A stretch of DNA of 64,000 bases. It comes from Vermamoeba vermiformis. Its lineage: Eukaryota. Position numbers and translations under genes: made by a program. The stretch is from assembly GCA_045837725.1 (NCBI GenBank), contig JBEWZL010000003.1:1-64000 (forward strand). The letters are read 5' to 3'. The notes beneath the pieces were generated by a model, which searched no databases, was not told where the DNA came from, and saw nothing but the letters and a program-made list of their open reading frames with translations. The stretch's first letter is position 1; each line of letters begins with the position of its first letter. Positions 24,033 to 39,163 of this stretch are shown here, in pieces.

Positions 24033-24925
24033 TTAGCTAGCACCAGTCTTTACTTCAACAGCGACTTTGTGCAGCTCCTCGTCGTCAATGACACGCTCTT
24101 TTGGCTTTTCACGTTGTTGATTTACGGTGGAAGCTTCGATGTCTTTCTCTCCAGATGTCGCGGATGTGTACACAGCATTGTAGCTATGTCGTGACATCCA
24201 CGTCAAGAGTACTTGATGCTGCACAGGCCTCCACAATAACTCCTTCTCGGCTTCACGGAGCGGGAACCAAGATCGTTGTCTGAACTCGCACTCTTCGTAG
24301 TCATTGACGATTTGTTTGGTCTAGTGTTGCACACAATTAGCTGACCGACTTGTAGACGCGAATTTTGAGGGTATTATTAACGAATAGGAGCACTTACCAG
24401 CAGAGCGTAATAGTGAGTGCGGTTCTTCTTGCCGTCCACGAAGACGCCAATCTTCTCCTGGACCTCTCCGACCACGCCAGCTTCTTCGAGAGTCTCGCGC
24501 ACAGCACCGTCTTCAGGGGCCTCTCCTGGACAAACACAAGATCAGCCCACAGAAACTCAGTGAAAACAATTGGAAAATTCAACGATTTCAGCATATTTGT
24601 CTCGTGTCCGCGCTGCATTCGTTAACTTTCATTAGAGTTGCAATAGTCTTACCAAGTTCAAGTGTTCCAGCGGGCAAGATCCACTTTCCTGTGTGGCCAT
24701 TACTTGAGATGAGTAAAATATTCTTCTTGTTCTCGGACAAAACGACGCCTATTTTTCCACAATTTAATTCTAATTTTAAAAAATATTTGGACGTTTTGAA
24801 AACGTACATCCGGCTCTGTTCTTAAAGCCATCTCCGTCTCTTGGAGGTTTAGGAACTACAGGCTTCGTGGTATGGCGTGTAGCCTTCTTAGTAGATTGAA
24901 TTCCAGTGGCTGCGGCGATGGGCAT
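24033..24925 (-). CDS. Nudix hydrolase, DIPP (diphosphoinositol polyphosphate phosphohydrolase)-like
   Basis: [40 protein letters not shown] (Nudix box assembled across an intron), RQRSWF. Confidence 0.88.
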
Positions 24926-25219
24926 TTTGTTTCGGCTCGCTCCAAGCGATGCGATCAGGAATGATGAAGTTCTGCGCAACAGTTTCGGAGGTTTGAAAGA
25001 CCTTGGAAGAAAGTTGCTCAAGGCATAAAATGTGGTAGTGTGTTACTAAGTACGAATGAAGTTGCTTCATTTGTTTTCAGACCCAGTTTTTTTATCTCCG
25101 ATCGCGGGAAATTTAGTCCGAAAACTAAATCTTATAGAAAAACAACCAAAAACAACCAATCAGGAGATTTGGCGCAGACGGTACTATTGGATGAGACAAA
25201 GATCTTTATTTACAAGAGA

Positions 25220-26640
25220 TTATTCGACGCTATCAAGTTTATCCATCGCGGTCGTAGGTCCGGACATCGAGTGCTCTTTCTTTTTAGTATTCTTTTTTGG
25301 AAACAGTACGAATAGTTGCAACATAATGCCGTTACACTGTGCTACAAAGAAGTTGATGGTAACGATGTATGACACTAAGACGGGCAGTATTAGCATTACG
25401 ATGCACGCCAACAACATTGGCGGGAGAGTAAATCCAAAAATAAATCGCATTTTTCTTAATTTGACAATCGCTGCTTGAATGCCTCGAGAGCTGTCGAATT
25501 GTGGATTGTTAGCCGTATGCTTGCTCATGACATTTATAAGGTGCGTCAATAGGGATACGACAGTGATTACTAGCGAGCTGAAGAAGACCAATACAATTAC
25601 CACTAAGAACCGCAGAAATGCTAAGCAACGGTGATTAATAGATTGTACTTAGTCTAGCGTTAATTATTAATCTTACCGATCTGCATCGAGGTATCTACAC
25701 TCAGGTACACACCAAAAGAATACACTCCACCGCATAACGCAGCTATAGTACTTGATGCAACTAGCATCGAGTAATATACTTTAGGTTTGTTCTTCACGAC
25801 TCCAAGGCTCGATTTGAATTGAAGGTTCAAGCCGATGTACACTGCCAAGAATGCCCAGCCAATGAATGACAACCACGCGATAAAGAATGTAAAGACAGAG
25901 GCCAAGCTTGAGTAGATGTAATTGTCTGAGCCCCATATATACAAGCCAAAGAACGCTCCAAAGACTGAAGCGAGGGTGAGGTCAGTGGATAATTTCGAAA
26001 TATCAGTTTGTGTACGTACAAGAGGCTTGCAAAACACTGCAGACTGTCGTGAAGATTTGAAGGCGAAATTTCTTCGCATTTGAGCGCTCATACAATCGTA
26101 AGCGAAAGAATTGTATGAACGAGAGCAACACATTCAAACTCGCAACTGCGACCAAGCAAATGCACAAAATATACACTGCAAGCACGTTAGTGTCGCAATC
26201 TTGATTCCTTTGATCGTAAAATATTCCAGCGCCAGTCCAATTTTCGTCACATTCGCACGTTGAGTCAATCGTGCACGTGCCATGACCTAAAATACAATAA
26301 TAATTAAAATATTAACACGTTAATTGATCACAGACTATTCATGATAAATTGCTAAAAATTAAGCATGTATTAAAGAACTAAATATATCAAATTTTACCAG
26401 AGCAAAGTGCCAGGTAGGGAAGTGTGTGATCCAAACAAGTAGCCTTCACGGTTGATGATATGGCGGCAATTAATATTATGATCAATATTCTCCTAAGGGG
26501 CATCATTACGGGTTACATTAAAAGGTGTGGTACTTTGACACCGCGATTTCGGAAACTAAAAATCTTCCGTGTTAGATCGGTGGCACACTCATTAACGACA
26601 TTACTGCATGCAATGAAGTCGAGCAATGGAGCCAATATTA
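25220..26640 (-). CDS. Multi-pass (7TM-like) membrane protein; 5' end uncertain
   Basis: Hydrophobic ORFs 26003..26185, 25660..26133 and 25220..25603 linked by GT-AG introns, with further small exons upstream. Confidence 0.6.
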
Positions 26641-26801
26641 TCTACGGCGGTCTGTTTTCAGTCGCTCCAATAGGTCTATTGAATAGCCATCCAATTTCCT
26701 CAAATGGCAACTAATCGTCGTTGAGCTATTGAATGCGTACTTTTTTCCGTCAGTCATTAGGTAAACATGTACATTTAGTATTTAATAAATAAAGGTTAGG
26801 C

Positions 26802-29800
26802 TTATGATTCACTTTCGCTTCGCGAGACCGGTGAATCTAGGCTCTCGTCATCGCTTCCGTTATTCATATTCACATTGTTATTAGCTGCGTTATTATCCTG
26901 GAACATCGAGTTTGAATTCATTTGCATAATCTCAGCGATCACCTCAGGCTGAAGCTTTGCACTAGACACCGTGCTGGAACTGCGACTTGACGAATTCGAG
27001 GCTGAAAAATAAATTTAGTCCATCTCTTCTAATAACTCGAGTACCAGTTTAATACGTACCAGATGAGGAGCTCGACGACGAGATTGGTTGCTGCATGCTC
27101 TTCTTTTCTGAAGACGAGCTCTTGGACGAAGACTTTTGACTCTTTTTGTCGTCCGCAAAAAACATCACTGGAGGCGGTAACGCGACACTAGAATAATACA
27201 TCATTATAAGACCCATTCAATATCTTTGAGCCAAGTAACGGTTCGCAAAGAAAGAACATAGACTCGTACCTGTCTTCCACAGAGGTCGCGTCCGAGACAT
27301 CACCCATCAACACTGCTTTGCTCTCGTAATATCGCTTGCTTGTTTCGATGGATTGAATCCACTCCTGTATTATCATATTGTAAGTGACTACTATATATTG
27401 TGAGGATGACTTGGACCGTACCTGTCCCATCTCTTCTGTTTCGGTCAAGAAAATGTAAGTGCGACTGGCGTACTTGGAGCCAATAGAAAATCCGTATTTG
27501 AATTTGCGGTTAGTTTTCTTCAGCTCAGCTTCGTCCAGTGGCTTCACGACGCTGTTGGGAATGTACAATGCGCCTGCTGTCTTCACCCAGTTCTGTCATA
27601 CAACGCATTTGTTAGTCGATTCTTTCTCGGCCCAAAAACCGACCAATCATCACATACCTTGACTTTTTTATCGTTGTAAATGAACAATGTTTCTCCTCTG
27701 CATTGTTATTAGTATAAATATCGTCGGAAAGGTCACGTGTGACGCGCGTACCTCAAGACGCACCAACGACGCTGCACCTTGCTTTTCTTGGCTTGTTTCC
27801 ACAACCAGCCCTCGTACTCATCGGGCGGAGATAAAAACTGCTCAATTCTCTTCTCTTTCTTCCTTGCCTTGGCGAGTTCCCTGACCGGTGATGATTAGCT
27901 TTCTGAACAAACTACAAACCAATTAGCACGTACTTGTTCAATGCCTTGACTTTCTCGGCCTTGTCTCGCAATAACTTGTCTCGCTGCGCCATTTCTTGCA
28001 TGAATTGACGACGCAACTCTTGTTCTTTGGAGTCGAATTTCAGCTTTGCAGTGGACAACAAACGATCGACCTCGGGACCTTTTTCGACTACAGAAGGGTA
28101 TTAGCACATGTATAGTACGTGGTTTAGACTCATACCGTTGTTTTCTAGTTGTCTTATTTTAGCCTGAAGTTCTGAAATCTGACCATCTTTTTCAGCTTTC
28201 AGATCTCGTTCACGAGCTTCAAACATCTGCAACAAATGCACCTCTTGCTCTAAAATATCATTTTGTATTAGTAACAGTAATCATAACTTCGTACTAGAAG
28301 TTCCGTACCTTTGACTTTCTGTCGCGTGACTTCTGCAGCAGCTGCCAACTCCTTCTTCAACGAGTTTTCGCGCGCTTCTAATTCAGCTATTTTAGCGATG
28401 CATTCATCGACTGATTTCTTCAGCTCGTCGTTCTCCAACTTCAGATCATCGGTGTTGAGGATTGACACGTTGGAGCTCTGACGCGACAATGACTGGTCGC
28501 GCTGCAAGCTAGCAATGAGTTTCTCCAAATTCTCGGTCTTGACTCGGTATCGCGTGGCATCGCTCTTGGCAGACTCTAACTCTTGGTTCAACTCTTCGCG
28601 TTCTCGGTACAGCTCTTTGTTCTCTTTGTTCAAAGCCTCCAACTCGCCTTCAAGCGCTTTGTACTCTTCTTCAACTTGGCGCAGTTTTGACAAAAAGTCT
28701 TGGCCTTCAGTGTCCACGCTCTGATTCAAGGCGCCGTTAACATGGTTCATTTCACCGCTCTGCTTTAATGCTTGTAACTGCTCCGTCAGTTGTTCTGTCT
28801 CTTTGGCACGCAAGTCGTTCTCTCGTTTCTTCCTGAGCAGGTCCATCTCGAGTGAGTCAATCTTTTGCGCCATAATTAACTTGTCGTCCTCGAGCTTCTT
28901 GACCACTTCTCGGAGTCTCTTGATGTCTGCCTTTTGTGCCTTGTCTAGGGCCTCAGTTTCAGTTCTAAAGCTGGCCAAGTCAATCTGTAGCGTGTTGCGC
29001 TCAGACCTCAACAACAAAATCTCATTCCTCAACGACTCGATGCTGTCGCCGTTAGATTCGGGATAAAAGCTGTTGGTGCTGGAACTCGGTGTCATATTAT
29101 TTGGCGTGCCATTAGGGAAGCTTTGAATGTTGAGAGCAATTGAACTGCCAACATTGCTCGGCGGTGGCAACGGAATCCTTGGAGTGCTTTGAAGTGAACC
29201 TGGGTTGGACCCATTGTCACTGTCGATTTGGTTCGTGTTATTGGATTGTAGCAGACTTGGGTCAGGCACGACAACTACGCTGGGAACTGTTTCTTGCTCT
29301 GGCTTGCTGTTGGTGTTTGAAGGGACTTTCGCTGGACTAGCCTTGGGACTCGACAAATTGTTCTCTTGAGCTACTGTCACATTCGCCTTCTCACCGCTGA
29401 CTGCATCAAAATTTTGCGCCAATTTCACGGGTGTGACTTGCGGTGTAGTCCGCGGAGATGTGGCCAGTACTGGTGAGCTCAGCATCATCGAGTTACGATT
29501 GGCTATTCAATGAATGAAGTGTTAGTCTCGAGCTGACCGATGTAAATGCACGTACGAAATCTCGAAGGAGATCTGAACACGCCACTACGTCGTTTGATCA
29601 TGGCAACTTCGTCCCAAGTCACTTTAGGATACTTCAAGAATATTGTTGCCAAAAATGGAATTAGTCGTTGGGAGTTTCCCTGCGATGCACCTACGTTAGC
29701 TACAGCGATATATTGGCAATTTCAGACCACTTACTCGCACGATATCTGGCGCCGAAATAAATTTGTTGCAGTCTATTTTTTCAGCATTTCTTAACAGTGC

Positions 29801-31023
29801 TTCAGCGCGTTGTTCGTCGTCGTAGATCTGTCAATCACGAGATTGAATTAGAATGTGACACGTGACAGGTGGAAATACTCAAACCGTACGTTCATAATGA
29901 CTTCGGGCGAATCACATTTTGACGGCTCTAATTGGTGCAACAATATCGCGAGTAAACGACAGTCCTATGCGATAGCATCGTTAGTGCCCATTTTTCACGT
30001 GATATTTCCCAATTTGGAAGTACCTGTAATTCACCAAATGAAGTAACGGTGTCTGACACTTGCGCAGCTTTTAAATGAAAATTGAACCAGCGCAACAAAG
30101 AGTCTTCAGCAGCTTCATCAGGCTGATTAGCCAAAGCCCTGACGCTGCTCATTAACAAAATGCGCACAATTTGCGCGAGCACACCGAGCACCAGTGTTGG
30201 CTGAATAGAAAATTATTAATGAATAGTTATGAAGGTCAAATATTGATTTCTAGCGACGATATCCGTCCAAATCTATTGTCATAATTTGAAAATTTATTTC
30301 AATTTGTAACGATTAAAAATGCTTTTGATCCCGTACAATACTCGGGATCCCTCAATTACGTACCGTTCCTGAGCTTAAATCTTGTGCATCTACGTTGACT
30401 ATATTGCACCCAAGCTTCTTAGCGCCATCCAATGCAATCTATTAATGGTGATTTAGTTTCCAGCTGAAAATAGCCACACATTCGGGAAATATTGCAATTA
30501 ATGAAAATCAATTAATCGTTTCAAATTGTAATATAAAGCGCTCTATTACCTTCAAATTCTCGAGTTTTGAGAAAAATTGGTTCACGCTGGAGAATCTGGT
30601 GGTTGGAGGTCTCGCTAAAGCGTTTGGATCGATTAACGCAACTAACCGACTAATAAAAATAATTAATATATTACCATAGGTAAAATATACAATTAGCAAT
30701 TATTAATGAAAGATTTAGAGGCACTGGAAAATTAATTCCATTTAATCGTGAAATGGTTGGTATTGCGATACTTACCACAAGATTACACCGTCAGTAATTT
30801 TCTCGAATACCTCGTCATTAGCGGGATTGATATTTGTATCGCCAAGAGCTGTATTGATGAAGTTGACCAAATCTGTGCACACAACAGTTAATTAATCAGA
30901 ATCTACAAAGAGCGATGCGATGCGCCTCGTATATATATTAATTTTTCGATTTTTCGCACCTCGTTTTTCGCGTTCGCTGGCGCTGTGTTTTATCGCATCC
31001 AGCACCTTAACTGACGTGGTCAT
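26802..31023 (-). CDS. Tandem calponin-homology (fimbrin-like actin-binding) + coiled-coil + PH-domain protein
   Basis: VNFIN...DGVILCRLV, ENLKIALDGAKKLGC, EDSLLRWFNFHL; long coiled coil 28268..29488; PH motifs RWCVLR, YGFSI, RTYIFLTETEE...EWIQSI. Confidence 0.85.
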
Positions 31024-31511
31024 CACTCCACTATTGGTTGCGCTCCAAGCTTTTGAAATCGGAGCTATATTTATATAGTTTGGCCTGTAATGGTCCTCAC
31101 GTTAAACCGCACAAGAAATAAGCATTGTCATTTTTGCCCGACGTTTGCCCTCCGAACCGGCGACCAGAAAATAATGGGCGGAAACATCTTTTCCGCTGCT
31201 TCAAAGGGCATTCTAACATTAACTAAGGAGGCTATTCATTAATTCAACAATCCGGATCCAAATGATAGAAGTTAGTAATTCTAAAAGGACTTGTCGAACA
31301 AGATGACATGAATTAATCCTTACATTCGACCACAGTCCCAAATTCTAGTAGAACGATCCGCAGATTTTTCTGCCCCGTTCGATTTAAATTTTTTTGACCG
31401 TTTCGCAATTGTGAGGCCTAAAATTCGTTTGGAACTTCTGTCTATTTTGTACATTTAATGGACCCTAAGAGCCACTTGTAATATATATTAGTAGGGCGTA
31501 GTATCAAAAAT

Positions 31512-34500
31512 ATGGCTCAGATCAAGGGGTCATTAAACCTATTGACGAGGCACTTGCAATCCAAGCGGTCTCGTACCTTGGACACGTGCAAGAGTATTTA
31601 TAAAAATTTGCAGGTAATGTTATAGCCACGAGAACAGATTTACAGCACCCACAATGATGAGATCTGGCAATGGAAACCGAAAATAATTTTTAATTAATTA
31701 TATTTACTTCTAGGGTTCAAATGTCACCACCAAAACTTTATTTGCGCAATCCAACACACAAATAAGATTTTATGCAAAAGAAACAGCTGGTGATAAAAAG
31801 ACATCCAAAGATTAGTAAGTGACAACTACCCAATGCGACTTCAAAGCTCATAATATTGTAAAAATATATACTATAATATTTATACGCTTTCAAACCATAA
31901 TTCGACCCATTACCAATGACGCACTGGATCATTGAACTCACATCCGATCCACGCACCCCTCGCGGTTGTAGCGATCCAAATCTATTTTATTTACATAACA
32001 AGCATATCTAATTATTAAAATATAGTTATGCCAATATTAATGCCGAGTGGGAAAAACAAAAAGGCAAGATCGAAGCAGATTTGGCTGAGAAGGAGAAGAA
32101 AGGACCGGGCCGCATTGCTCGCTTTTGGGACTCAATGACTGGTCGCAAAGAAGAATTCAAACGCAAAGCTGCGGAGAAGAAAGCCTTCAAAGCCTCGCGA
32201 GAAAAGCTCGAAGAGGATCGTGCTGAGCGAGAGGGCCGTGGCTACCGACAAGATTTACGAGACAGTAAGTACATTCAATATGCTATGTGCATAGCCTATT
32301 ATGCAAATAACGTATGAGATGCTTACATTTTTGCATTACAAAGGAGAAAAAACTCGTAAACAAGACGTGGAAGAGCTTTCATTCGCTGACAAATGGAAAA
32401 AAATGCGAGAAAGTCGTAGAAAGCGTAGTGATCGCTCAATTTACGAACGATTTTTCATCGAAGAATGGATGCTCCATCCAAACGTGCTCATCGGCACGAA
32501 GTACACCAACATGGACTTCTGGTGGGACGGTAACTCGAGCAATCAGCTGACACTCTACCAAGAGCGCTCAGAACTCGTGACCAAGTTGCTTGATCAGCGC
32601 TGGGGCCACAAACGATCTGAAATTGTGCGCAATATGATGCGTGAAAGCGAGAAGAAACGCGATGACTTGAGAGTCAAAACAGAACATAGAAACCCGTTAG
32701 GTATGTAGTGAATATATATACGCGGCTTTTTATTAATTTGTATCGTAGTTGGCGATGAGAAGTGGCAAGATAGACCATTCTGGATGCGATCTGCGATGGT
32801 TCTTGACAACGTTTTTCCAGTGTTAGAAAAACAAGCGATGAATCTGTACGACTTGAAAGAAGCGGAACAATACACCTCCGACTTGAGATTTATTTGGGAG
32901 AAACAAGAAGAATACGTCGAGTCCTTAAAATACTCGCGCGACATCCAGTAAGTCAATAATTTTAGTTTCTTTTGGACCCCGCTAATAGTATCTAGGGCTT
33001 TGATGGTGAAGAATCGAATTCCCGAAGAAGTTCACGAAGTCGCTGACTTCCCAATTCCCCGTAAGATTTCTCCGGAGCTGTCCCGTAAAATCGAAGCAGA
33101 GATGATTCCCGCCACCACGGAAGTGGATCCGATCGCCGACATTATCGAAGGTTTGAAGCAAGGCAAACCCATTCCTTATGGCCCTGATTTAGATCTCAAC
33201 AAGACTTATGATGTACGTGCCACAAATACTACCTCGCTTAGTTTTGAAACTCACAACCGTATTTAGAAATACAATGCCCCCGTACATTTTCCTGAATTGG
33301 ACAGAGCCGTCGCGAAGTTCGAAGAAAAGTTGCGTAAACAGAGAGAATTTAATCCTGATGACTACGAGACTGAAGAAGAACGAGAAAAGGCGCGAAAACA
33401 TTTTGAAGGCATGGCTGAGCTCGAGAAGTTCATCAATGAACGACGCGTGTTTTTGGAACGAAAACATCTTGAAGAGTTCCAAGAGCGCGAAGGCATCAGC
33501 TTGGAATCTATTCAGACCTACACCGAAGAAGAACTTGCTTACGAAGTTGAGCGTCAACTCGCGTACTTAACCGGTCAACCGTTTGAGAAAGAGCAACCGT
33601 TTTCATGGGACCAATTGCAAAAGAAGAAAGAACTCGAAGCCAAAGCCGCGGCCGCAAAGGCTGCTGACGGCACTGCTGCTCCCACTGACGCTGCAGGTGC
33701 TACAACTACAGAGGGCGCTGCGACTACCGATGCTGCCAGTGCGGATCCCAACGCTGCTGCTCAAGGTGGAGCTCAAGGCGCTGCTCAAGAGCCGCCCCCA
33801 GCTCAAATGATCATTGACACGACTCCTGACGAGGACGACCCTGCTGCCAAGTTGAAGGCTGAAGCCAAGCGAAGAAAAGAAGCTGCAAAGAAAGCCGCAG
33901 CTGCCAAGCCCAAACCTATGACTAAAGAAGTCTTGAAGTTGTTCCCTGACGCTGAAGAACAAGCCAAACGTCTCAAATTCACTGAAGAGGACGATGAAAT
34001 GTTCGAAGGTGAAGACGACTGGATCGAAGAGATGTGGGAAGAGGAGTACAAAAACACTCCCAAGTTCACGCCAAAAGAATTGGAGTTCCGTAAAGTCATG
34101 GCTCAAGGAGCTGAAATCGACATGTTGAGACTTCGTCGAGAAAACAGAGTTCCTATTCCCGCCCGCGAACCTGAAACAGTGATCGATCGCATGTGGCAGA
34201 AGTGGCTCGATAAAGAATACGACGTCGCGTACACCGATCCCCACCAAACAATCAAAGAGCTGACAGAGTTTGCGCTCAAGCCACCACTCATTGACGTCGT
34301 TGTGATCAAGAAATTCATCGAAGACCAATTGACCAAGACAAACGGAATCTTGCGGCCGTACTATGCCACTAAGATTGAAGTTATGATGAAGTACCGCGAT
34401 CAAGTCCGAATGTACATGGACGAGCGCGTGTACATGATTCCACGTAAGATCTTGATTTACAATCAACAACAAGTGCTGCAAGAAGATGAAGACGGAGGCA

Positions 34501-37500
34501 AAAAGGTCAAGAACAAAGGATTCACCACTGGCATGGCTTTAGAATTGATGAACTTGCTCGAGCTCACAAGAGCCGGTGAAGCCATTGAGGGTGAACGATT
34601 CGCCCAAGGCAATTACTCTGGTGTAACTTACGAGTGGCACGCCCCAATGACTCGATTGGAGGATCGATTTATCTTCTCTGCTTATTTAGAGCGTATCGTA
34701 AGTACTGCACACTTCAACTGCACACCTTACTCACCACGACCTATCTAGTCGCATCGAAATCAATCGCTTGGTTACTCAGAGTTGATCAGAACCAACGACG
34801 GTATTAAAGTCCCTGCCAACTTTAACCACGATCACTTCCCGAACCCGTACGCTTACGAGTGGCAGAACCCGCAAGGTTTGTCTGAACCTGACGAGGCTGT
34901 AAGTATTAAAGCATATCTACCGCCACAGAGCTCCGTACTGATCATTTGTTCTAGCACATTACGAATACGCACGTGGGCAGTAAAGTCGACGAACTGTTGT
35001 TCGGCAGTTATCCTGAAGCCATCATTGAACAAATGGATAAGTACGCCAACAGCGACAACCCGTTTGATATGGCCCTCAGTGGATTCTACCGCAAAATGGG
35101 AAATGACATACGCAACTGGTATGTCAGCTTCCGTGAGCGCGAAAGGTAAGCGAAGTATCCAAGCTACCGATTTGCTTCAAACACCAAAATGATGCCAAAA
35201 ATATTCAAGCTCAACAGACTGAACAAGTCATGTGGATTTATCTTCACCCTGATTCTCACTCATACATATTTTTGTTTTTTGACTCTTTTCGCGTATTCTT
35301 TGCTCATGACTTTTACAGAGTCGATGACAACAAGGACGAGGCACGCTACTTCTTCAAGATGCTTGAACACTTCAGACCCGGTTACAATCACTCCGACTTC
35401 GCTTGGGAGCAAGGTCGCCGTATGCCAATCTGGCGTGCGAAGATGGAAGAAGACGAAATTGAAGCTTTCACCTTACGCGGCAAAGTTGACCGACGTGCCT
35501 TCCCTGGTGACTCTACACGAGAGTACTCCATTCAACTCACCAAGCCCATCTACGACCAAGAATTTGTCGAGACTATGTTCATGCAAAACGATGAACAAGT
35601 CATTTCTGACTACGTGCAAAGCCTGACTGAAAAGTAAGCAAGACATTATGGCCTAATTAAGATACTAATCACTATTCAAAAGGGTTAAACCCAATCCCTT
35701 CGACTACGTTACTACCCCGGAAAATGTGTACTACGATTTCCATCACCGTGTCAAGATCGTTCAAAATCCCGACCTCACCACGGAAACCGAGATCCAACCC
35801 CCGCCAAAGAAGTTCACTGCCGATTTCTTGAAGGATTCTACACCCGAACAAGTTCAAAAGCGCATTGATGAGTACCGAAAGACTGCTGAGCTCGGCTTGA
35901 ACGTGTTGGATCAGCCCCAAAAGAGTGAAAACTTCAAGCTGAGAATGACGTTCGAAAAGTAAGTCATCAGCTGTTACTGAAATATGATCTAACTCGTCTC
36001 AGAATTCCCGCCATTCCTGTCAATCGATTCATGTGGCAATGGGACTACAGAGCTGATCCCAAAGAACGATTTGAGACTCCTCTGCCCACAGGTGAACAAG
36101 TCATGGAGTTGTATCACTACGAGGAAATGCAACAACGCTACGAAAGAGCTCTGGCCAACAACACTGAGATCACCGAGCTCCCAATGCCTTACTCTCGCGA
36201 GAAACGTCGTCAAGCGTTGTTGTTGACTCAACCCGACTTGAAGTTTGCCGACGAACTCGTCTACAGCGCTTCTACTTTCTCTTCGACCCGCGCCAACCAC
36301 TTTATGAACCAGAGTATCCTCGCTCCGATTGATAAATACATATACGGACCCCTTCGTGATGTTCGTAACAAGATCAAAGCTGGTCTCGTAAAAGAAGCTG
36401 AAGCCATCTTGATGGAAACTGAACGAAAGGCCCTCAAGATGACACCTTACGAGTACTACGTCGAGCGCAAGTCTAGGAGTCAAAAGGAAGAAGAACTTGC
36501 TCGTGGCGACAAGAAGAGGCTGACTCCCGAAGAGGAAGAACAATGGAAACTGCAGTTGCAACAAAAGTTCGATGACTTTACTGATTCGGAAGCCAAAGAT
36601 GTCAAGGACACTTCCACCGATGCTGACAGCAAAAAAGCTGAGCTTGCTGCCATCCGCGAGAAGATCCGTCGATTCCACGAAGAGAACAGCAAGGCTGAAG
36701 AGCAGGAAGAAGAGCGCACTCTGCGTAGTCTAGAACAGAATGCCACCACTAACAAGTTCAAAGATGTCGGTCTCCACACCTTGTTTACCAGAGATGCAAG
36801 CAAAGCTGCTAAAGCTATCGAAAAGGGTGTTCCCGAACCTGAAGAGATCCAAGATCCAGTTTTGCGATCTGAAGACACTCAGATCTTGATCCAGCTCAAG
36901 CGAGAGCCTGAAGAGTTTGAACCCCAACTCGCTGAAGGCACATCAGCGGAGACTGAAGACAGCGGCATGACTGTCTCCACTAAAGGAGATGGCAGACAGG
37001 ACATACCTGCCGATAAAGCTGCTCACGAAGCCAAGGAACGTGAGCACGAAGAACCTCGTGAAGAACGTCGCGAAGAGCCTCGTTCCGAATTCAACGTTTC
37101 GCAAGGGCCCGCACCGTTCACCTTCACTGAAGAGGCTCCTAAGAAAGAAACTACTGAAGAACCCGTTCAAACTAAGCCTCAAGAGGAAGCTGTCAAGCCA
37201 CAAGCCGAGACTCGTACTGAAGATGCCGACGAAGCCCGTGCCAGAACTGCCGAATTCGCAGAGCAGATCCGAGAAGAAGCTGCTACACGCTCTAAGCGTC
37301 TTGACGAAAACGAGAAACGCGCTGAAGAACGTGTCGAAGAACGCGTCGAGGAACGTGTCGATGTAGAAGAAGAGGTCAAAGCCAAAGGCGAGAAGGAAGA
37401 AAAAGCTCGCGAGGAAGAGTACGGTGATGCTCGTGACCGACCAGACCACGAGCGCGTCGATATTGCCGAACGCAGCGAAGAGACCGAGCTCGATAAGATG

Positions 37501-38657
37501 AAAGAAGCCGAAACTCGCACCAAGTTCGAGCAACGCCGTGAGAAGAGAGAACAAGAAGAAGCTGAACAGAGCCGAGTCTTGTCTGTGTTCGAGTCCTTCT
37601 TCAGGGACGAGAAGAGTATTGCTGCGGTTGAAGCCGAGAAGATGCTCGCAGAACATCAACAGCAAGTCGAAGACAACACAGGATTCAGAGGCCTCATCAA
37701 GGCAAACAAGGAGCGTCAAGCCAAAGGAGGCGCATTTGGTCTTAGTTTGCGAAGCACTCCCGAAGGTGGTGTCGGTAAAGTCAAAGAAGCAGCCGCAACG
37801 GTAAGTTGTCAATCGTATCTCCAAGTTTATCGCGTGTATTGACCGTTTCGTATTAGGCATTCAACGAAGATGTCCGAAAGCGCATTTCCAACTTCGATCT
37901 GCGTATCTTTGCCAAGACTTTCACACCTATCGCGTTCCACGCTTTGAACGCTTTCGTCAAGGGTGATTTGACGACTCTCGCAGATCTCTGCTCCAAGGAT
38001 GTAAGTATATTCATTAGTACGTTACTGACGGCGTATTAACTGGTACATAGCTATTCAAAAAATTGGCAAGTGACTGGAAGAAGCTCCGTGCCATTGGCAT
38101 CGAAACTAATTGCGAAATCGCAAGCAAGGGCAAACCAAAGGCAAGTAACATCTCGTCGTAGTCGATACTCGTAAGCTAACAATTGCCTCAGTTGGTCGCT
38201 GCTATGCCCGGAAAGGTAGAAGAAGGCATTGAGTTGCCACCGATGTTGACATTCAGCATCCGCGTTCGTCTCGTCTACTGGGTCACTTACCACGGCAAGA
38301 CTATTGCTGGTGGATCGGTACGTTCGAACACTTGCAATATTACGCTCGCGTTGCTTACACATCCGACAGGACTTTGTTAGCAGAGGTCGCTGCCTTGTGA
38401 CTGCTTGTCTCAACAAGGACGACAAGTTTGAGATCATGGAGATGGACGTGCAGAACGAGCGTTTGAGTGCTGCCAACGACATGTTCATCCACGAGTTGAT
38501 CCGAATCAAGGAAGAGCGCGAGGCTGAAAGCGAAAGAAAGGCCAAAGAAGCCAACGCTGCCGAGGCTGAGAAGATGCGAGCTGAACAACGAAAGCAACAA
38601 GAACAAGAGGAGCAGAAACAGCAGCAAGAAAAACAAAAACAACAAGAGGCGAAATAA
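31512..38657 (+). CDS. Very large (~2000 aa) probably mitochondrial charged protein with a C-terminal Tim44-like domain
   Basis: Basic N-terminal presequence-like region ending IRFYA; in-frame exon chain; late exons NFDLRIFAK...AFVKGDLTTLADLCSKD...GKTIAGGS resemble the Tim44/mL45 fold. Confidence 0.6.
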
Positions 38658-39163
38658 ATTGTACATACATAAAAACTAAAATTTCAAACAGATGGCGCGG
38701 AAGATCACCGGAGATACAATTTAATTTATGGTAGAACGCCACGAGTGGCACCTGGGTAAGCGTAATTAATGTCTTTACGCCTCACTCGACGGTAGGGCAA
38801 GCCGAGCAGTGCAACAACCGAGCAAAGATAGATCAGATGATCGGTCGCTGATACACGCGAGGCTCGATATTTGTGATATTATTATCGGCTATTGTTCGGA
38901 GAGTATGCCGGCAAGAACGAGAATCGATTTCGCTCGCTAAAAATCACACGGATTGAAAAATTCAAGCCAAAAAAAGCTGGCCAAAAAAACCGACGCCAAA
39001 CTCGTATTTTATCTGTTTCGAAATTAAACTCTCTTGCAGCACCGGCGAAGACATAGATCTGTTTAGTAATTCCAATAGTTACAGATCGTATATTTGGGCT
39101 AGTTAATAATTAATGTATTGGTGTTGATATATGAAATCCTTTTTTCGCGCTCAGAGATACGAG

